Part shown: in pieces, positions 12,498 through 26,451 of the stretch
How the letters are laid out: each line of letters starts with the position of its first letter
Numbering within the stretch: the stretch's first letter is position 1
Assembly (NCBI RefSeq): GCF_006345805.1
Contig: NC_043008.1
Coordinates: forward strand, 11,160,001 to 11,224,000
Reading direction: 5' to 3'
Origin: Octopus sinensis
Taxonomy: Eukaryota
DNA: 64,000 nt
Notes under the pieces: generated by a model
Databases searched by the model: none
Told to the model about the DNA's origin: nothing
The model's input: the letters and a program-made list of their open reading frames with translations, nothing else
Position numbers and translations under genes: made by a program

Positions 12498-12945
12498 TCT
12501 ATGCATGTCTATACATATAAAGCTGAACTTGTCTGTGTGTGTGTGTGGGGCAGGTTTGGTAGCCTTCAACTAACACTATGTCCTCCGAGACCTGCGACGC
12601 AAGTTGACCAAAGTTGAGGTATGATAGACGAAGGCTTGCTCTTCATTCCGTCGGAGAAAAAGTTCAAATTGGATCATGTTAAGATCAAAAGTTATTTACA
12701 TGAAATTATTTTCTATGAAAATCCCTATTTTTTACGATTTTTTGACTGCTTTGTCGCGATTTTTGGGTGTATTTCAACCAGAAAATATTTTCACTTAAAG
12801 AAAATAACAAGCTAAATAATGCAAAATTTTTACTTTTCAAAAAAGATTGAAACTATGTCAAAACTTTGTTAACTCGACATCAAAGTCTACCTTTTTAAGC
12901 GCAACTAAAAAAACAAGCCCGAGCAACGCCGGGCTATACTGCTAG
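12498..12945 (+). mobile_element. Non-autonomous Helitron
   Basis: 5' A|TC start (12498); GC hairpin gcccg-agcaacgc-cgggc at 12917-12934; CTAG|T end at 12942-12946; no TSD. Confidence 0.8.
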
Positions 12946-13591
12946 TAATACTATATAGCACATAGATGTGTATTATAATAAAGTCATTTACAGGGGATCC
13001 TGTACAAATCCGAATATTTTCATGTATTATATGTTAACACAAAAAGTATGAAAACGATTACTTCTGTTGAAAATATTAATTCAATTTCAAGCTTAAAGGG
13101 GATTTCTGCTTATATTAAATGCCATGAATAAATATTGGTTTTGCATTTTTGCTCAAGATTCATTGCAGTATAAGTCGGATTCCTGTGTTTATGTGTGATA
13201 TTTCATAGAAATATCAGATTAACTCAATAATAATCTATAATGTCACATTAAATTTGGTATGATTAATATATATATATATAATAGATAATGATATATATAT
13301 ATATATATTATAATATATTATATATATGATATGATCTATATATATATCTAATGATATATATATATTATATATATCTATATTTATATATATAATATATATG
13401 ATATAATATATATATATTATATATATATATATATTTGATATATATATATATATATCTATATATATATATATATTAATATATATATAAATATGTGTGAATA
13501 TGTGCACCTGCCTGTATGTGTTTGTGTGTGTGTGTGTTGTGTGTGTGTGTGTGTGTGTGTGCGTGTGTATACGAACACAGAGAAAAGACAC

Positions 13592-13891
13592 CCAAAATGG
13601 TTTTTCCGACTGCTTATCCGTTTCTGTTATGAGATTGAAGAGAATCGACAGAATTAGCCATTGCTTGTAGTTTCCCCTGCGTCTTCCTGAAAAATATGGA
13701 TCTCCGAGCATCTTGGTAGAACTAGTTGTCACTGGATGAAGACTAAATTTCACTCTGATAAGATGTTTCAGATCATGTGGTTGTTGTAAGGTGGTAGCGA
13801 ATGTTGCTGAGTGCTGACTGCTGCTAGGGTGAAATACTGGTGATTGGGGTTCGAATTTGCGACTGATGAATTCGACTTTAAAGGGTGTCAA
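13592..13891 (-). CDS. Candidate host exon, 100 codons, phase 0-0
   Basis: Acceptor tacttctgtactctag; 300 nt open in non-repetitive sequence; weak donor TGG|gtgtct; no recognisable domain. Confidence 0.25.
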
Positions 13892-14260
13892 CTAGAGTAC
13901 AGAAGTACTGTTCTGTTTACGTATAGCTATAGGAAAAGTATAGTTTATGTAAGTTTGTAGGAATATATTTGATAGAGGCCCAAATTGTCCACCTCCTGCC
14001 AACAAATGTACAACTTGCTAGCTATTATTACCGTCCATAATCTTTCACCCAGAACACATCTAGCGGTAATACCCTTTCCTTGTCCTTCCTATGAATAAAA
14101 TATTTTGACGCTTCATTCCGTATTTTGTCCGCTGTCAGTTAATGTTGACAGGTGTTTTAAAACTTAAGTATCCACTCTAATTTTAAACGCCAGCAATCTC
14201 GTGGTGTGACAGATTTTTTTCTAAAATGCATCAGCAATCTCTTCATTTACTCTTTCACCC

Positions 14261-14668
14261 TTTTACTTGTTTCAATCATTTGACTGAGGCCATGCTGGAG
14301 CACCGCCTTTAGTCGAGCAAATCGACCTCAGGACTTATTATTTTTAAGCCTAGTTCTTATTCTATCGGCCGCTTTTGCCGAACCGCTAAGTTACGGAGAC
14401 GTAAACACACCAGCATCGGTTGTCAAGCGATATTGGGGTGACAATCACAGACACACAAACAAACACACACACATACATACATATACATAAACATATATAT
14501 ACGATGGGCCCTTCTTTAGGTTTCCGTCTACCAAATCCACTCACAAGGCTTTCGTCGGCCCGAGGCTATAGTAGAAGACATTTGTCCAAGGTGCCACGCA
14601 GTGGGACTGAACCCGGAGGTATGTGGTTCGTATGGAAGCTACTTACCACACAGCCACTCCTACGCCTA
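14261..14668 (-). mobile_element. tRNA-derived SINE, group A
   Basis: Reverse complement of the group A head and tail, with short internal microsatellite. Confidence 0.85.
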
Positions 14669-15019
14669 TTCTTTACGAAAGATATACCCGACTTTTCTAA
14701 AATAAGTTACCAACATGAATGATTCTTCAAACGAATCGGGTGGAAGGCCTTCTACTGTGATACAGAGCTGTCTACATCTCATTCTGACAGAACATCAATA
14801 ATAAATTAGGTCTTCTAATTGCCTAATGCAAACAATCGAGAATTACTTTTTTCAATATAATCAAAAAATTTACATTTAATATATTTATCAATAATTTTTA
14901 AACTGAGCTCAAGAACAACATCAAAAGCGTTAACATAAATTTAAAAGCTTGGATGAAAAAATTCATTAATTGAAGATCAACATGAAAAATTGGTTCGTCT
15001 TCTTTTTCTTCTTCAATAG

Positions 15020-15039
15020 TTGCAAGGAAACATATATAT

Positions 15040-15086
<47 letters not shown>

Positions 15087-15147
15087 ATATATATATATAT
15101 ATATATATCTATATATATATATCTATATATCTATACATATACACACG

Positions 15148-15201
<54 letters not shown>

Positions 15202-15215
15202 CATATATAAACATA

Positions 15216-15282
<67 letters not shown>

Positions 15283-15292
15283 GTATATATAG
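15020..15292. repeat. (TA)n microsatellite
   Basis: Directly visible; a similar block lies at 15860-16130. Confidence 0.95.
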
Positions 15293-15862
15293 CTGTCGTC
15301 AAATGTCGTTCTACATTTCTCCACAAAACAAACTGCCAACAAACACGAAATTGGTAACAGAATTGGCGCTTTAACACATCGAAATAACCCCTTACTTCCC
15401 AAAGGACCACAAAGATATCATTAAATATATCATATTTATCATATCATTATCATATCGTCCAAATATCATTAAATATGTCATATCAATCTTTCTACGCCTG
15501 ATTTCAATATAGTGTGTGAAGGAACTAGAAGGATATTACAGGAGGGGTTTCGGATGTTGAATAGCACATGTTTTGACGAATTTGACATTTTTACTAAAAG
15601 GGTTTTAATCGCTTAATATATCAGAGTGGTGTTAATCAGCTTCATTCCATTTCGTAGGGTTTGTTCTTGCCTGAAATGTTTTTTTAATGGGATTTGATAA
15701 GTGCTAGTTGTCGGTAAAGTATGAGTAATCTCATATATATATTGTACTTAATGATATACCTACCCCATACGATATTTGTAATGCGTAGGGCATAATCGCA
15801 TACAGATACGCGCGTAGATATGGATAAGCTTTACCGCAAGCAAACAAGCTCATCCCCCATAT

Positions 15863-15916
<54 letters not shown>

Positions 15917-15920
15917 TATA

Positions 15921-15993
<73 letters not shown>

Positions 15994-16032
15994 TATATTA
16001 TATATATATATACATACATATATATATATATA

Positions 16033-16107
<75 letters not shown>

Positions 16108-16283
16108 ATATATATGCATATATATTTATATAAGTTATTAAGGTGGCTATTCACAATTTACAACCAAAAAAGCAACAGCTGTTGTCGTCACTTAAGTAAC
16201 GGAGGGTGCTAGTGAGCTAGACATAAAAGCCAAAACAACTCTTAGTCACGTGAGACCACTTTTATAACCACTGACAAGGGAGA

Positions 16284-16345
<62 letters not shown>

Positions 16346-17145
16346 GTGTATGTGTGTGTGTGAGTGTGTGTGTGTGTTAAAAAGATATGTTTGTAGTAGT
16401 TGATGTACTCTACCTTCTTATGAGTTAATCTTGGTATCTCTCTATCTCTCTATCTCTCTATGCCCAGTGTATCTGTTACTAATTAAAGAGGGCATGATTC
16501 CCTTTTGATAGCAGTTTTATTTATTATTTCCAGGAATTTCAGCGACTGCATCAATGTCTTCCCACAATGACTCAAATTAAACTTAATCCTCCATCTGTAG
16601 CCCCACATCAACCCGTTCTCGAACAAACCCATCATAACAAATATTATATACCTGACTTACAACTCCCTTTTAAAACTGCAAATTGCCTATCACATCGTTT
16701 CTTGTTTCTTTCATTTTAAATGCTAACACCAACTTAAGTGAAGCCTTGGCTACTATTTTCATTAATGTCTTGGAGCATTTAGAAGATCTCTCGCCGAATA
16801 TTTTGATTAACCGAGATATATTGACGTGAGCTTTCATTGGGTAATATCTAATATTGATGTGCAACAGTCCATTTGGCAGAAAACAATACTCTCTAATCAT
16901 CTTTCGCTTTTTATTTGAATCGTTGTGCCAGATATGACAGCTTCTTACATTTCACTATTCCAGAGAGATGATTTATATTGAAAGGTTGAAGCGTGTGCAG
17001 TCGATGTGCTCCAACATGTAATGGAGGGAGCGGCTGCCAGGCTCTCAGTCATTAATTAAATATATTTTCATAAGCTCTACGATATTAACCATGAATGCTG
17101 ATACGTTTGTACATAGAAGCGTATATAAATGCTTACATAAATATA

Positions 17146-17457
17146 TCACCGTGATCACCGTGACCGATCAGGCTATCAGATGTTGCTACACAGCGCTGGT
17201 CACAATGCGTTTCGCATAGTTTTAACCTTTAAATGACGCCACCCCGCTGGCTAAGCGAGCAGGCCAACAGAAGAAAGAGTGAGAGAAAGTTGCGGCGAAA
17301 GAGTACAGCAGGGATTGCCACCACCCCCTGCCGGAGCCTCGTGGAGCTTTAGGTGTTTTCGCTCAATAAACACTCACAATGCCTAGTCTAGGAATCGAAA
17401 CCGTGATCCTATGACCGCGAGTCCACTGCCCTAACCACTGGGCCATTGCACCTCCAC
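17146..17457 (-). mobile_element. tRNA-derived SINE, group C, body type 3
   Basis: Group C head on minus strand; distinct tail ending ggtcacggtgatcacggtga, shared with the 28304 copy. Confidence 0.85.
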
Positions 17458-17790
17458 ACATAAATATATACTTACATATATTCATACATACACACACGCA
17501 TACACATGCACACACACACACACAAAAACGCACATATGTGTGTGTGTCTATGAATATTTTCGTGCAGATGTGGATACGTGCGTACATAAGTTTGTGTCTG
17601 TGCGGCGCGATATGCTCGCGTATAAATGCATTTCAGCTTACGTAATTGCATACATCATTCAGTTGAGCTTCAAGAGTCGGAGGGATTAGTCTAGCTTTTA
17701 CAGCTTGCAGCTATGACTAATGCTGGCAGATGATTAATAAAGATATTTAAGGCATTAATCCTTCCGTAACACTATATTCATAATATCACA

Positions 17791-17830
<40 letters not shown>

Positions 17831-18096
17831 TATATATGCATGTGTGTACGTACGATTATATAAAATTATATATATTTGCATACAAGCACTCAAATACACG
17901 CATGTGCACGCAGACGCGCGGCCACAGACACACACACACACACACGCACGCACACACACACACACACACAACACACGCACACACACATACGCATCGCAAA
18001 AATCATTTTTTGTTGCAGAAAAAGCATTGATCAACCTTCTGAGATGATTAAGTATAAACGCAAGGCAATTAATTATAAAAAATATGCAACAATATA

Positions 18097-18471
18097 TCCT
18101 TTTCTACTCTAGGCACAAGGCCAGAAATTTTTGGGGAGCGGGCTAGGTTATTAGATCGACCGCAGTACGCAACTGGTACTTAATTTATCGACCCCGAAAG
18201 GATGAAAGGCAAAGTCGACCTCGGCGGAATTTGAACTCAGAACGTAAGACAGATGAAATACCTATTTCTTTACTACCCACAAGGGGCTAAACTAGAAGGG
18301 ACAAACAAAGACATACAAAGGGATTAAGTCGATTACATTGATTCCAGTACACAACTGGTACTTAATTTATCAACGCCAAAAGAATAACAGGCTAAGTCGA
18401 CCTCGGCGGAATTTGAACTCAGAACGCAAGACAGATGAAACACCTATTTCTTTACTACCCACAAGGGGCTA
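18097..18471 (-). mobile_element. Group B SINE, headless, with tandem body units and monomer-type tail
   Basis: Two gacctcggcggaatttgaactcagaacg units ~183 bp apart, plus tail aggcacaaggccagaaattt. Confidence 0.8.
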
Positions 18472-18935
18472 TGTTTTTATGATTTTATCTATTTCAATCT
18501 ACGTGTAACTCCTTATGAAAGACGTGCTGAAGATAGAATATGGGTATAAAACTCTAGGAAAATATAGGTGATCCAGTAGTGATTTCCAAGTCACTCACCT
18601 GGTGAGGTACAAGTACGAAACAATTCCTGGATCATATCACTGTAATAGTTATATGATAATATGTATTAGACGTGGAACAGTTAGCAAGTAACAGTTGTTG
18701 CTTATGAACAAAAACAATTGTGGTTAAGTTAAAGGATATTCATTCCATCTCCTTTTATTATGTGTTGCATACATACAGTCATATATCTGTATACATTCAT
18801 ATACATGCATACATACATATATATACACATAAATATTTCGCATATATGTTAGGCTAGGCTGTTTTTGCCTCTAGATCATAGTAGCATAAAGCTCAAATCA
18901 CTAGACGAACCCTCAACTCCAGTTTCAATTAAAAC

Positions 18936-19014
<79 letters not shown>

Positions 19015-19094
19015 GTAGGTAGATGTATATATATATATAGGTATGTAAGTATATATATATATCTATATCTACCTACCTATCTCGCTCTCTCTTT

Positions 19095-19142
<48 letters not shown>

Positions 19143-20117
19143 TATATATATACGAATTAAAATACAACATCATATATGTATATGTATATATATATGTAAA
19201 TGTATATACTCACACACACACATATGTATGATGAATACAAAATTTCTTTTATTGGATTTAACTATGGAAGCATCATAAAAATCAACAAAAAATTGACTGC
19301 AGAATAAAATATCAACGAAGCTGGCGATAGATGAGAATAAGAGAAAAGAGAAGGAACACAATGTCTAGTGAAGATAATCGTTAAATATTACCTTGACAAC
19401 ACATTTATTTCGGCTGATTTTGTAATATCTATATTTATTAAGGAAATCTAATATATTATTAACGCTAGGGGAAAACAATTATTGGAAAAGAATGGCAAAC
19501 GAAGTATGCCGAATAAAACAAGGGACGGTGAGTTGTAAGAAGTATATAATGAATAGTTAGAGCCTTTATGAGTTTTCAAAAGATAGAGAGAAATATGTGA
19601 AGAAAAAGAACGAAGAATCGAACCAACGCCTAACAAAAAAAAAGCTATAATTCAATAATACGGAGAGGAAAATAAGGAAAATTACTAAGGAAATACATAG
19701 CGGCCTACACATAAAAAAATATGTCTGTTGTTTTATGTCTTTATAAACGCTTGTGTTGGTGGTGATGATTTGACATATATTAACTCTAATGGAGCGGATC
19801 TATCAAATGAATTTCTTGTATGAATATCTTATATTTCAATGCATATGAGTGTGCTACTGTATATATGATAGTAAACTGTTATTTAAGAGTTTGTAGGGAG
19901 AGAGCTGGCTGCTATTTCGTGTAAACTGAGCGGCTACCTAGAAATTTCATTGAGAAGGCAATGATGGGAAGTTGAAGATAATAAAGAGCAATTGACTTAA
20001 TCAGCGTTGTGCAGAAGAAAATAAACTTGATATATATGCATACATACATGTATACATGGGTAAATGAATAATATATACGAACATGTACATACATACGTAC
20101 ATATATATATATATATG

Positions 20118-20601
20118 GTGACGTATTTTTGCCATTTCAATATGGCTAACCCCTAAGGGTGGATGCTACTGTAGTTTTTAGCCCCGGGAGGACACACTCC
20201 TCCAGCTGGCCATAGACACACTTTCTGTGTCCTGTCAGTATTTGCAAAGGGAAGTCATCCTTCCCGTCTTCAACTTATGATACACACGGACTCGAGTTTC
20301 GAGGTATTGACCTCTCGTCAGCGTGTGACAATCATAGTTGTCGGTGAGAATTAGATTTCCTTCACAAATACTTATACATTTTCCAGCGTCCACTGTCGCT
20401 GATATTGAAAAAGTGAAATCAAACAATGATAAATATCAAAGTGAGTTATATACAGTAGCGGTAACACATCGTGACGTATATTTGCCATCTCAATATGGCT
20501 ACCCCTAAGGGTGGATGCTACTGTAGTTTTTAGCCCCAGGAGGACACACTCCTCCAGCTTGCCATAGGCACACTATCTGTGTCCTGTCAGTATTTGCAAA
20601 G
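20118..20601 (-). mobile_element. Hammerhead-bearing non-coding retroelement (Penelope pseudo-LTR / retrozyme-like), family E copy 1
   Basis: ~130-bp direct repeat at 20118 and 20471 (period 353); canonical HHR inside; (TA)n on both sides; near-identical copy at 45323. Confidence 0.8.
20283..20327 (-). ncRNA. Type I hammerhead ribozyme, canonical core
   Basis: Minus strand CACACG-CUGACGA-GAGG ucaaua CCUC-GAAA-C UCGA G-UC-CGUGUG: 6-bp stem I, 4-bp stem II with G10.1-C11.1, palindromic stem III loop, GUC cleavage triplet. Confidence 0.92.
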
Positions 20602-20626
20602 TATCTGTGTCCTGTCATATATTTAC

Positions 20627-20691
<65 letters not shown>

Positions 20692-20820
20692 AACGTATAT
20701 GAAATTTCTAAACCTCACGCTTTTAATTCCCATTCCTCAAAAGAAAAACAACTCTTGGCTCCTTTCACGACCCAGAAGTTTGATTTGATTGTCAGCTTTT
20801 GATATTATAAATATATCCAC

Positions 20821-21031
20821 GGCGGCGAGCTGGCAGAATAGGTAGCACGCTGAGGAAAGTGCTTAGCGGCGTTTCAATTGCCTTTCCGTTGTGAGTTCAA
20901 ATTCCGCCAACATCGGCTTTGTTTTTCATCCTTTCAAGATCGAAATAATACCTACCAGTTAAGTTGGTGCAATAGACTTACCTCCGCCCCCAAAGTTCTT
21001 TGCCTTGTTTCAAAATTTGAAATCAGTATTT
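20821..21031 (+). mobile_element. Group B SINE monomer with 12-bp TSD
   Basis: TSD taaatatatcca at 20808-20819 and 21032-21043. Confidence 0.85.
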
Positions 21032-21096
21032 TAAATATATCCAGCTAGTCTATATACAACGTCAAAATACAACGTGCCTACTCTCTGAAGAAAGAA

Positions 21097-21141
<45 letters not shown>

Positions 21142-21309
21142 AAGAGAATGAGAAAGAATGAGACAAATAAAGTAAGGGAAAAAGGGGGTGAGAAAAACAT
21201 GGAGGTGAAAAGAACCAAGAGTTGTGTTACTTTCGGGGAATGGGAATTAAAAATGGTTATTAATTAAACTGATAAGTTTAAAGTTTGTGAATCTGGTTGC
21301 TCGTTCACC

Positions 21310-21700
21310 ATTTCGTTAATAGAAACTTATGTACATGATAGCATTTAGTGAAAATCTCGCGTCTATTGTAGAAGTTAGTAGGTTGGTTGAATCCTTATGT
21401 TTAAAAAACATTCAAATTTTTCCGGTTGTACAAATACTTCACCACCTTCAAATTAACGTATGGCGTAGATCGTTCTACAATGTTTGATTTGATAGTGTAA
21501 GGAGTTTTATTCACCCTCGGCTTTCATATGCATAGCTAACTTAATGGTTTTCCTCTTACATTAGTGCCAGACAGAAGACTGGTGCTCGGCATATATTCTT
21601 TTATAGTCACTTTCGTCTAGACCGATATACCTTCTTTTTGAATTTTCTTTATTGTATAGAACTGAGAACGATCTTAGTTTCATAAACAAATGAAATAAAC
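21310..21700 (-). mobile_element. Penelope-like element GIY-YIG endonuclease remnant
   Basis: RRYIGLDESDYKRIYAEHQSS (YIG motif region) and C-terminal NRREIFTKCYHVHKFLL, like the Penelope LNKRSE..KCRH terminus; frameshifted. Confidence 0.7.
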
Positions 21701-23000
21701 GGTAATGCATAGTTGAGTGGGCAAGTACTTGATTCTCTACAGTTACACTTTGGAGTAGGTACTTGGTTTGACTTAAATGAAATATTTTTTTTTGTGTTGG
21801 GGAAACTGCCATAACAATTTTATCCAAGTTATATTGAAACTATTCATATGCTTTTAAGGGAAATATTTATTTATCCAGACAAAGAATTTTCCACGCAAAG
21901 TTTTTTTAACTTTTCAAAGACAAAAATGGGAAACTATATACTTACATACATACATACATACACACACACATACATAATGTGAGAGAGAAAGTGCGTGCGT
22001 GTGTGCATGTATTTATCTGTCTTTTACTCGGTTCAGAATTTGGACTGCACTCATGTTGGGCTACACTCCGCCTTAAAAAGATTTAGTCGAAACATTGACC
22101 CCTGTACTATGTTTTAAAGTGTGGCACTTGTTCTATTAACAATGTAATTACTAGAACAGAATTCTACCCTATGTCCATATATTGGGTCAATCTTAGGGTA
22201 CCAAGGTACCAAGGTGTCCCTAAGCTAGAACCCCATGGTGATTTAGAAAAGATTGCAATAATAAAATTTCTGAAAAACACAATAAAACTAATCGTAACCA
22301 AATTACCGTATTTCATTATAAAGACAGGACATCAATAATTAGCTGATGTTTATCATTTAATTATTGAGAACTCCATCCCTGAAAATAGTCATAATCTCTT
22401 TCATGACAGGGAAATCAGGAATATTAATATCTTGAGATAGTTACCTATTTCAGGGTTGGTAGATGATACGGATATCAGTTCTTCAAGAAAACATAATTCT
22501 AATATAATTGGTACACTAATACTGCTCTAAATTCATATAATTATTATAGCTTGGGAATATTGGATAATAAATGTAGAAACAAGCTTTATTAATAATCTTA
22601 ATTATATATACATACACACACATATATGTGTGTGTGTGTTTGTGTGTATATATGTATGTGTATATATGTGTTTATCCTAATGAAATCTTAATAATATTCA
22701 TCTGTTCTCTATTATTACTTACTATGATACGTTACAAGGGTAGAGTAGCGGATGGCCAATCACTTTCATAAGAAGGTCGAGACAATATTTTGTGATATTT
22801 GGTAATACGTTTTGATTTCCATTCTTGACAATGTCAGCCTTGCCTTTCATATTTCCGGAAAAAAAGAACCCATCGATTTGGTCGCCTGACCCCACTCATC
22901 AAAATGCCTGGTGTTTGGCTTACATCAGAAGGAATATCTAATTCATAGAATTACTTTATCAATACGTTCAATGATGATAAGCTTCAAGTTTTGCCATGAA

Positions 23001-23442
23001 AGCAGCAATCTCGGGGGAAAGAGATATGTTGGTTATATCGACCCCGGAGCTCAACTGGTACTAAGGTTATCTAAGGCGGCGAGCTGGCAGAAACGTTAGC
23101 TGGCCGGGCGAAATGCTTAGCGGTATTTCGTCCGCCGTTACGTTCTGATTTCAAATTCCGTCGAGGTCGACTTTGCCTTTCATCCTTTCGGGGTCGATAA
23201 ATTAAGTACCAGTTGCGCACTGGGGTAGATCTAATCGATTTGATCGGTTTGAATCTCCTTGTTTGTCCCCTCTGTATTTAGCCCCTTGTAGGTAGTAAAG
23301 AAATTGTTACTAAAGTTATCTACTCGGAAGAACAAAAGGCAAAGTCCACCTCGGCGTATTTTGAATTCAAAACGTAAAGACGGACAAAATGCTGCTAAGC
23401 AATTTCCCGCGCGTTCTAACGATTCTGCCAGGTCATTGCGTT
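23001..23442 (-). mobile_element. Older group B SINE (host), interrupted by a younger antisense copy
   Basis: Segments 23001-23072 and 23308-23442 are collinear with the minus-strand group B consensus. Confidence 0.7.
23073..23307 (+). mobile_element. Group B SINE nested in group B SINE, 14-bp TSD
   Basis: TSD tactaa(g/a)gttatct at 23059-23072 and 23308-23321. Confidence 0.85.
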
Positions 23443-23827
23443 AATCATTTCCATGATTATTGTTAACAATATTAATTCTGTTATAATATATGTCTGTTAT
23501 GTCAATTATAATTTATGACATACACAATATAACAGACAACACCTACTAATAGCAACTAATTCCGATAATAGTGGAGTGTTTCTAACAAAAAGCAAAATAT
23601 ATTATTAATCTTAACATCTGTCTCACTATCAAATGAAATCAAAATAACATTAGCTGTAAATTCGAATAATATTTAGTGTACTAAAGTTTTGAGGTAAACA
23701 GACACTAATGTTAATCATGTGGAAAAAATAAAAGATTTAGCAATAAACGATTTGTTGTATCCCGGGAGGGTCATTTGGTTAACATTAGCACACGCATTGG
23801 TTCAATTCCCATACTGTTATCTAACAG

Positions 23828-23968
23828 TCGGTTGTCTAACCGTTTAACCAATTAAGTAATCGATCGCTTGATTAATGATTTAGAATGCCAAGGAAAGGAT
23901 TCGAAAAATTCAGCGTACTGAGCGAACAATTAATCAGACGATTAGACAATTGGTTAAATAGTTAACCA
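23828..23968. repeat. Imperfect palindromic (MITE-like) repeat
   Basis: tttaaccaatt...tgattaat versus attaatcag...aattggttaaa; a similar aattggtta motif occurs near 775-800. Confidence 0.35.
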
Positions 23969-24059
23969 TCGACAAATACAGAAGTAAAATTCAGGTAGAA
24001 GGTGTGTTTATAATCGGCATAAAGACCCGCTCTATGTATAACATACTATATTTCAATTC

Positions 24060-24446
24060 GTGGAGGCGCAATGGCCCAGTGGTTAGGGCAGCGGACTCGC
24101 GGTCATAGCATCGCGGTTTCGATTCCCAGACCGGGCGTTGTGAGTGTTTATTGAGCGAAAACACCTAAAAGCTCCACGAGGCTCCGGCAGGGGATGGTGG
24201 TGATCCCTGCTGTACTCTTTCACCACAACTTTCTCTCTCTCTTACTTCCTGTTTCTGTTGTACCTGTATTTCAAGGGGCCGGCCTTGTCACTCTCTGTGT
24301 CACGTTGAATATCCCCGAGAACTACGTTAAGGGTACACGTGTCTGTGGAGTGCTCAGCCACTTACATGTTAATTTCACGAGCAGGCTGTTCCGTTGATTC
24401 AGATCAACCGGAACCCTCATCGTCGTAACCGACGGAGTGCTTCCAC
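24060..24446 (+). mobile_element. tRNA-derived SINE, group C, body type 1, with 11-bp TSD
   Basis: TSD tatttcaattc at 24049-24059 and 24447-24457. Confidence 0.9.
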
Positions 24447-24599
24447 TATTTCAATTCATGAGTTCATATCGAGAATCTTTCAAATCAACTAAAATATTGA
24501 TATAGCATACCAAACAAAGAAATGCAAGTCAAATAAAACTTCCTATTATTACACTAGGTACTAGGAATATGTCCAGTATCAGTATCAGTTCCTCCTGTG

Positions 24600-25990
24600 C
24601 TCTCGAGTACACACGGCAGTGCAAGCTAACGCCACTGGCTTCTTCTAGCTGAAGGTATCTGTACACACGCCTATGCATTACTGGTCTTTCTTATGTCAAT
24701 TGTGAATGTTCTGCTTTACGTAATTTTCTCTTTACCTCTCTTTCTGTTTCCCCTTGGTGGTGTCCAATTGAAAAATATTTGAGAATGGCTTTCTTCTTGT
24801 AGCTAAAGAATAGGACCTGTCTGCTTCAGCCTTCGTTCCGTCATGATTTCGTTAAGTGATCTTTTGTTGGTTCACTTTGGAACGCCTTCGTTTGTTACGT
24901 TGTTATCTAGCGCATTTTCAGAATGCTTCTCAAGCATATTTGACTGAAATCATCTAGGTTCCTGTCTATTTTAATGATGTTCTTCTACGTCTAGTATAGA
25001 GAACTTCTGGTTGCACTATGTCATTATAGAGACAGATCTTTATGTGCAATCTGATGGTGCTGGAGGACCACACAGTGCTCATTCTCTCTGCAACACCGCT
25101 GCAGCTTTATCAATGCCATGGTTGATTTTAGTCTCAATATCATCATTGATATTGATGACGCTACTCTGATATGTGAATCTGTCGTCTCGATGTTTTGCTG
25201 GTTGATCTTAGGGATTGTTGTGTTTCACAGTCATCATTTGTAGTGTTCATTGTTCTAGTCTTTATACTGATTCTTAGACCAATTTTTTCAGCTTTCTGTT
25301 CCAGCTCTGACTTGAGCAGTTCCAGGTTCTTATCATGTCATCAACAAAATCTAGCTCTTTCAGTTTAGTTTGTAGTTTCTATGATATTCCCCCATCGGGT
25401 ATCAGTGCTGGTCTCTATCGGACAAAAACTTTAGGGACAGCAGAGTCGACAAAATGCAGCCTTGTCTCAAGCCAATAAAGATGTGAAAGGAGTCTGTATT
25501 CCCTGTTTCAGTTCGAACATAGCATCGTGAGTTTGAATAAACTTCTCTTTAAATATATTGAAAAAGCATTCAGAGAAGCCCTAGTGCAAGAAAATTCTCC
25601 ACAAGGACATTCTGAAGTCACTATCAAATGCCTTCTTACAACGAAATAAAAAAGAAGGTTCAGCGGTCTTTTATACACATTTCAAATATGTTTCTGCGAA
25701 TAAAGTGTACGATCGGTTGTTACAAAACTCACCTTGAGCCTCATGTAATACAGCATCCGCATCCTCTTTCAACCTGTTTAGAAGCACTTTTTGCAGGCAC
25801 TGACTGCACTTATTACAGTTCAAATTCCCCAACGATTCTTTCTTGTCAACTCTGTGGCATTCTCTGCCCACGCCAGCAGCCATCAAACAGACTTTCAACG
25901 GTAATTTCATCAAATACAGCAGCGTCGGTGAATTTCAATTCTTTTTTGTATGCTTGCTGCTGTAATCTCTTGGTTCGTTATAGAAATATT
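24600..25990 (-). mobile_element. RTE-clade LINE reverse transcriptase remnant
   Basis: Minus-strand motifs KKAFDS, GLRQGCIL, ELDFVDD, IGLRI and C-terminal WTPPRGNRKRGKEKIT; many stops and frameshifts. Confidence 0.85.
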
Positions 25991-26283
25991 TCCGGTAAGT
26001 TCATAATTATGTTGTACGGTCGTAAGAGTTTGGTTATATTCGTATATATAATGTGTGTTAAAGATCTATTGAACGCATTAAACATCATATATGAACTACC
26101 ACTGATATACGCGTATTAGCTACCAGTACACACACACACACACACACACATACACATATATGTATAAATACACAAACAATACATGAGAGCTATGAATGCT
26201 CAGCGTAGAAACACATGGGAGGACACAAATGAATTTGAACTTAAAATTCCGAATTCTTCGTATATACGTATGTACATATACAT

Positions 26284-26358
<75 letters not shown>

Positions 26359-26451
26359 AAATATTATTAGAGACAAAACCACTATTTTGCAAAACAAACA
26401 AGGAAAGACTTAATCAATACATAAAATTTTAATAAATAGTCAAAAAAACCG

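Noticed and set aside
16670-16900. 76-aa minus-strand ORF
   Set aside because: No recognisable motif or consistent splice sites; length is within chance expectation
26185-26225. ctatgaatgctcagcgtagaaacacatg as a decayed hammerhead
   Set aside because: Core is broken and the stem II loop is sterically impossible
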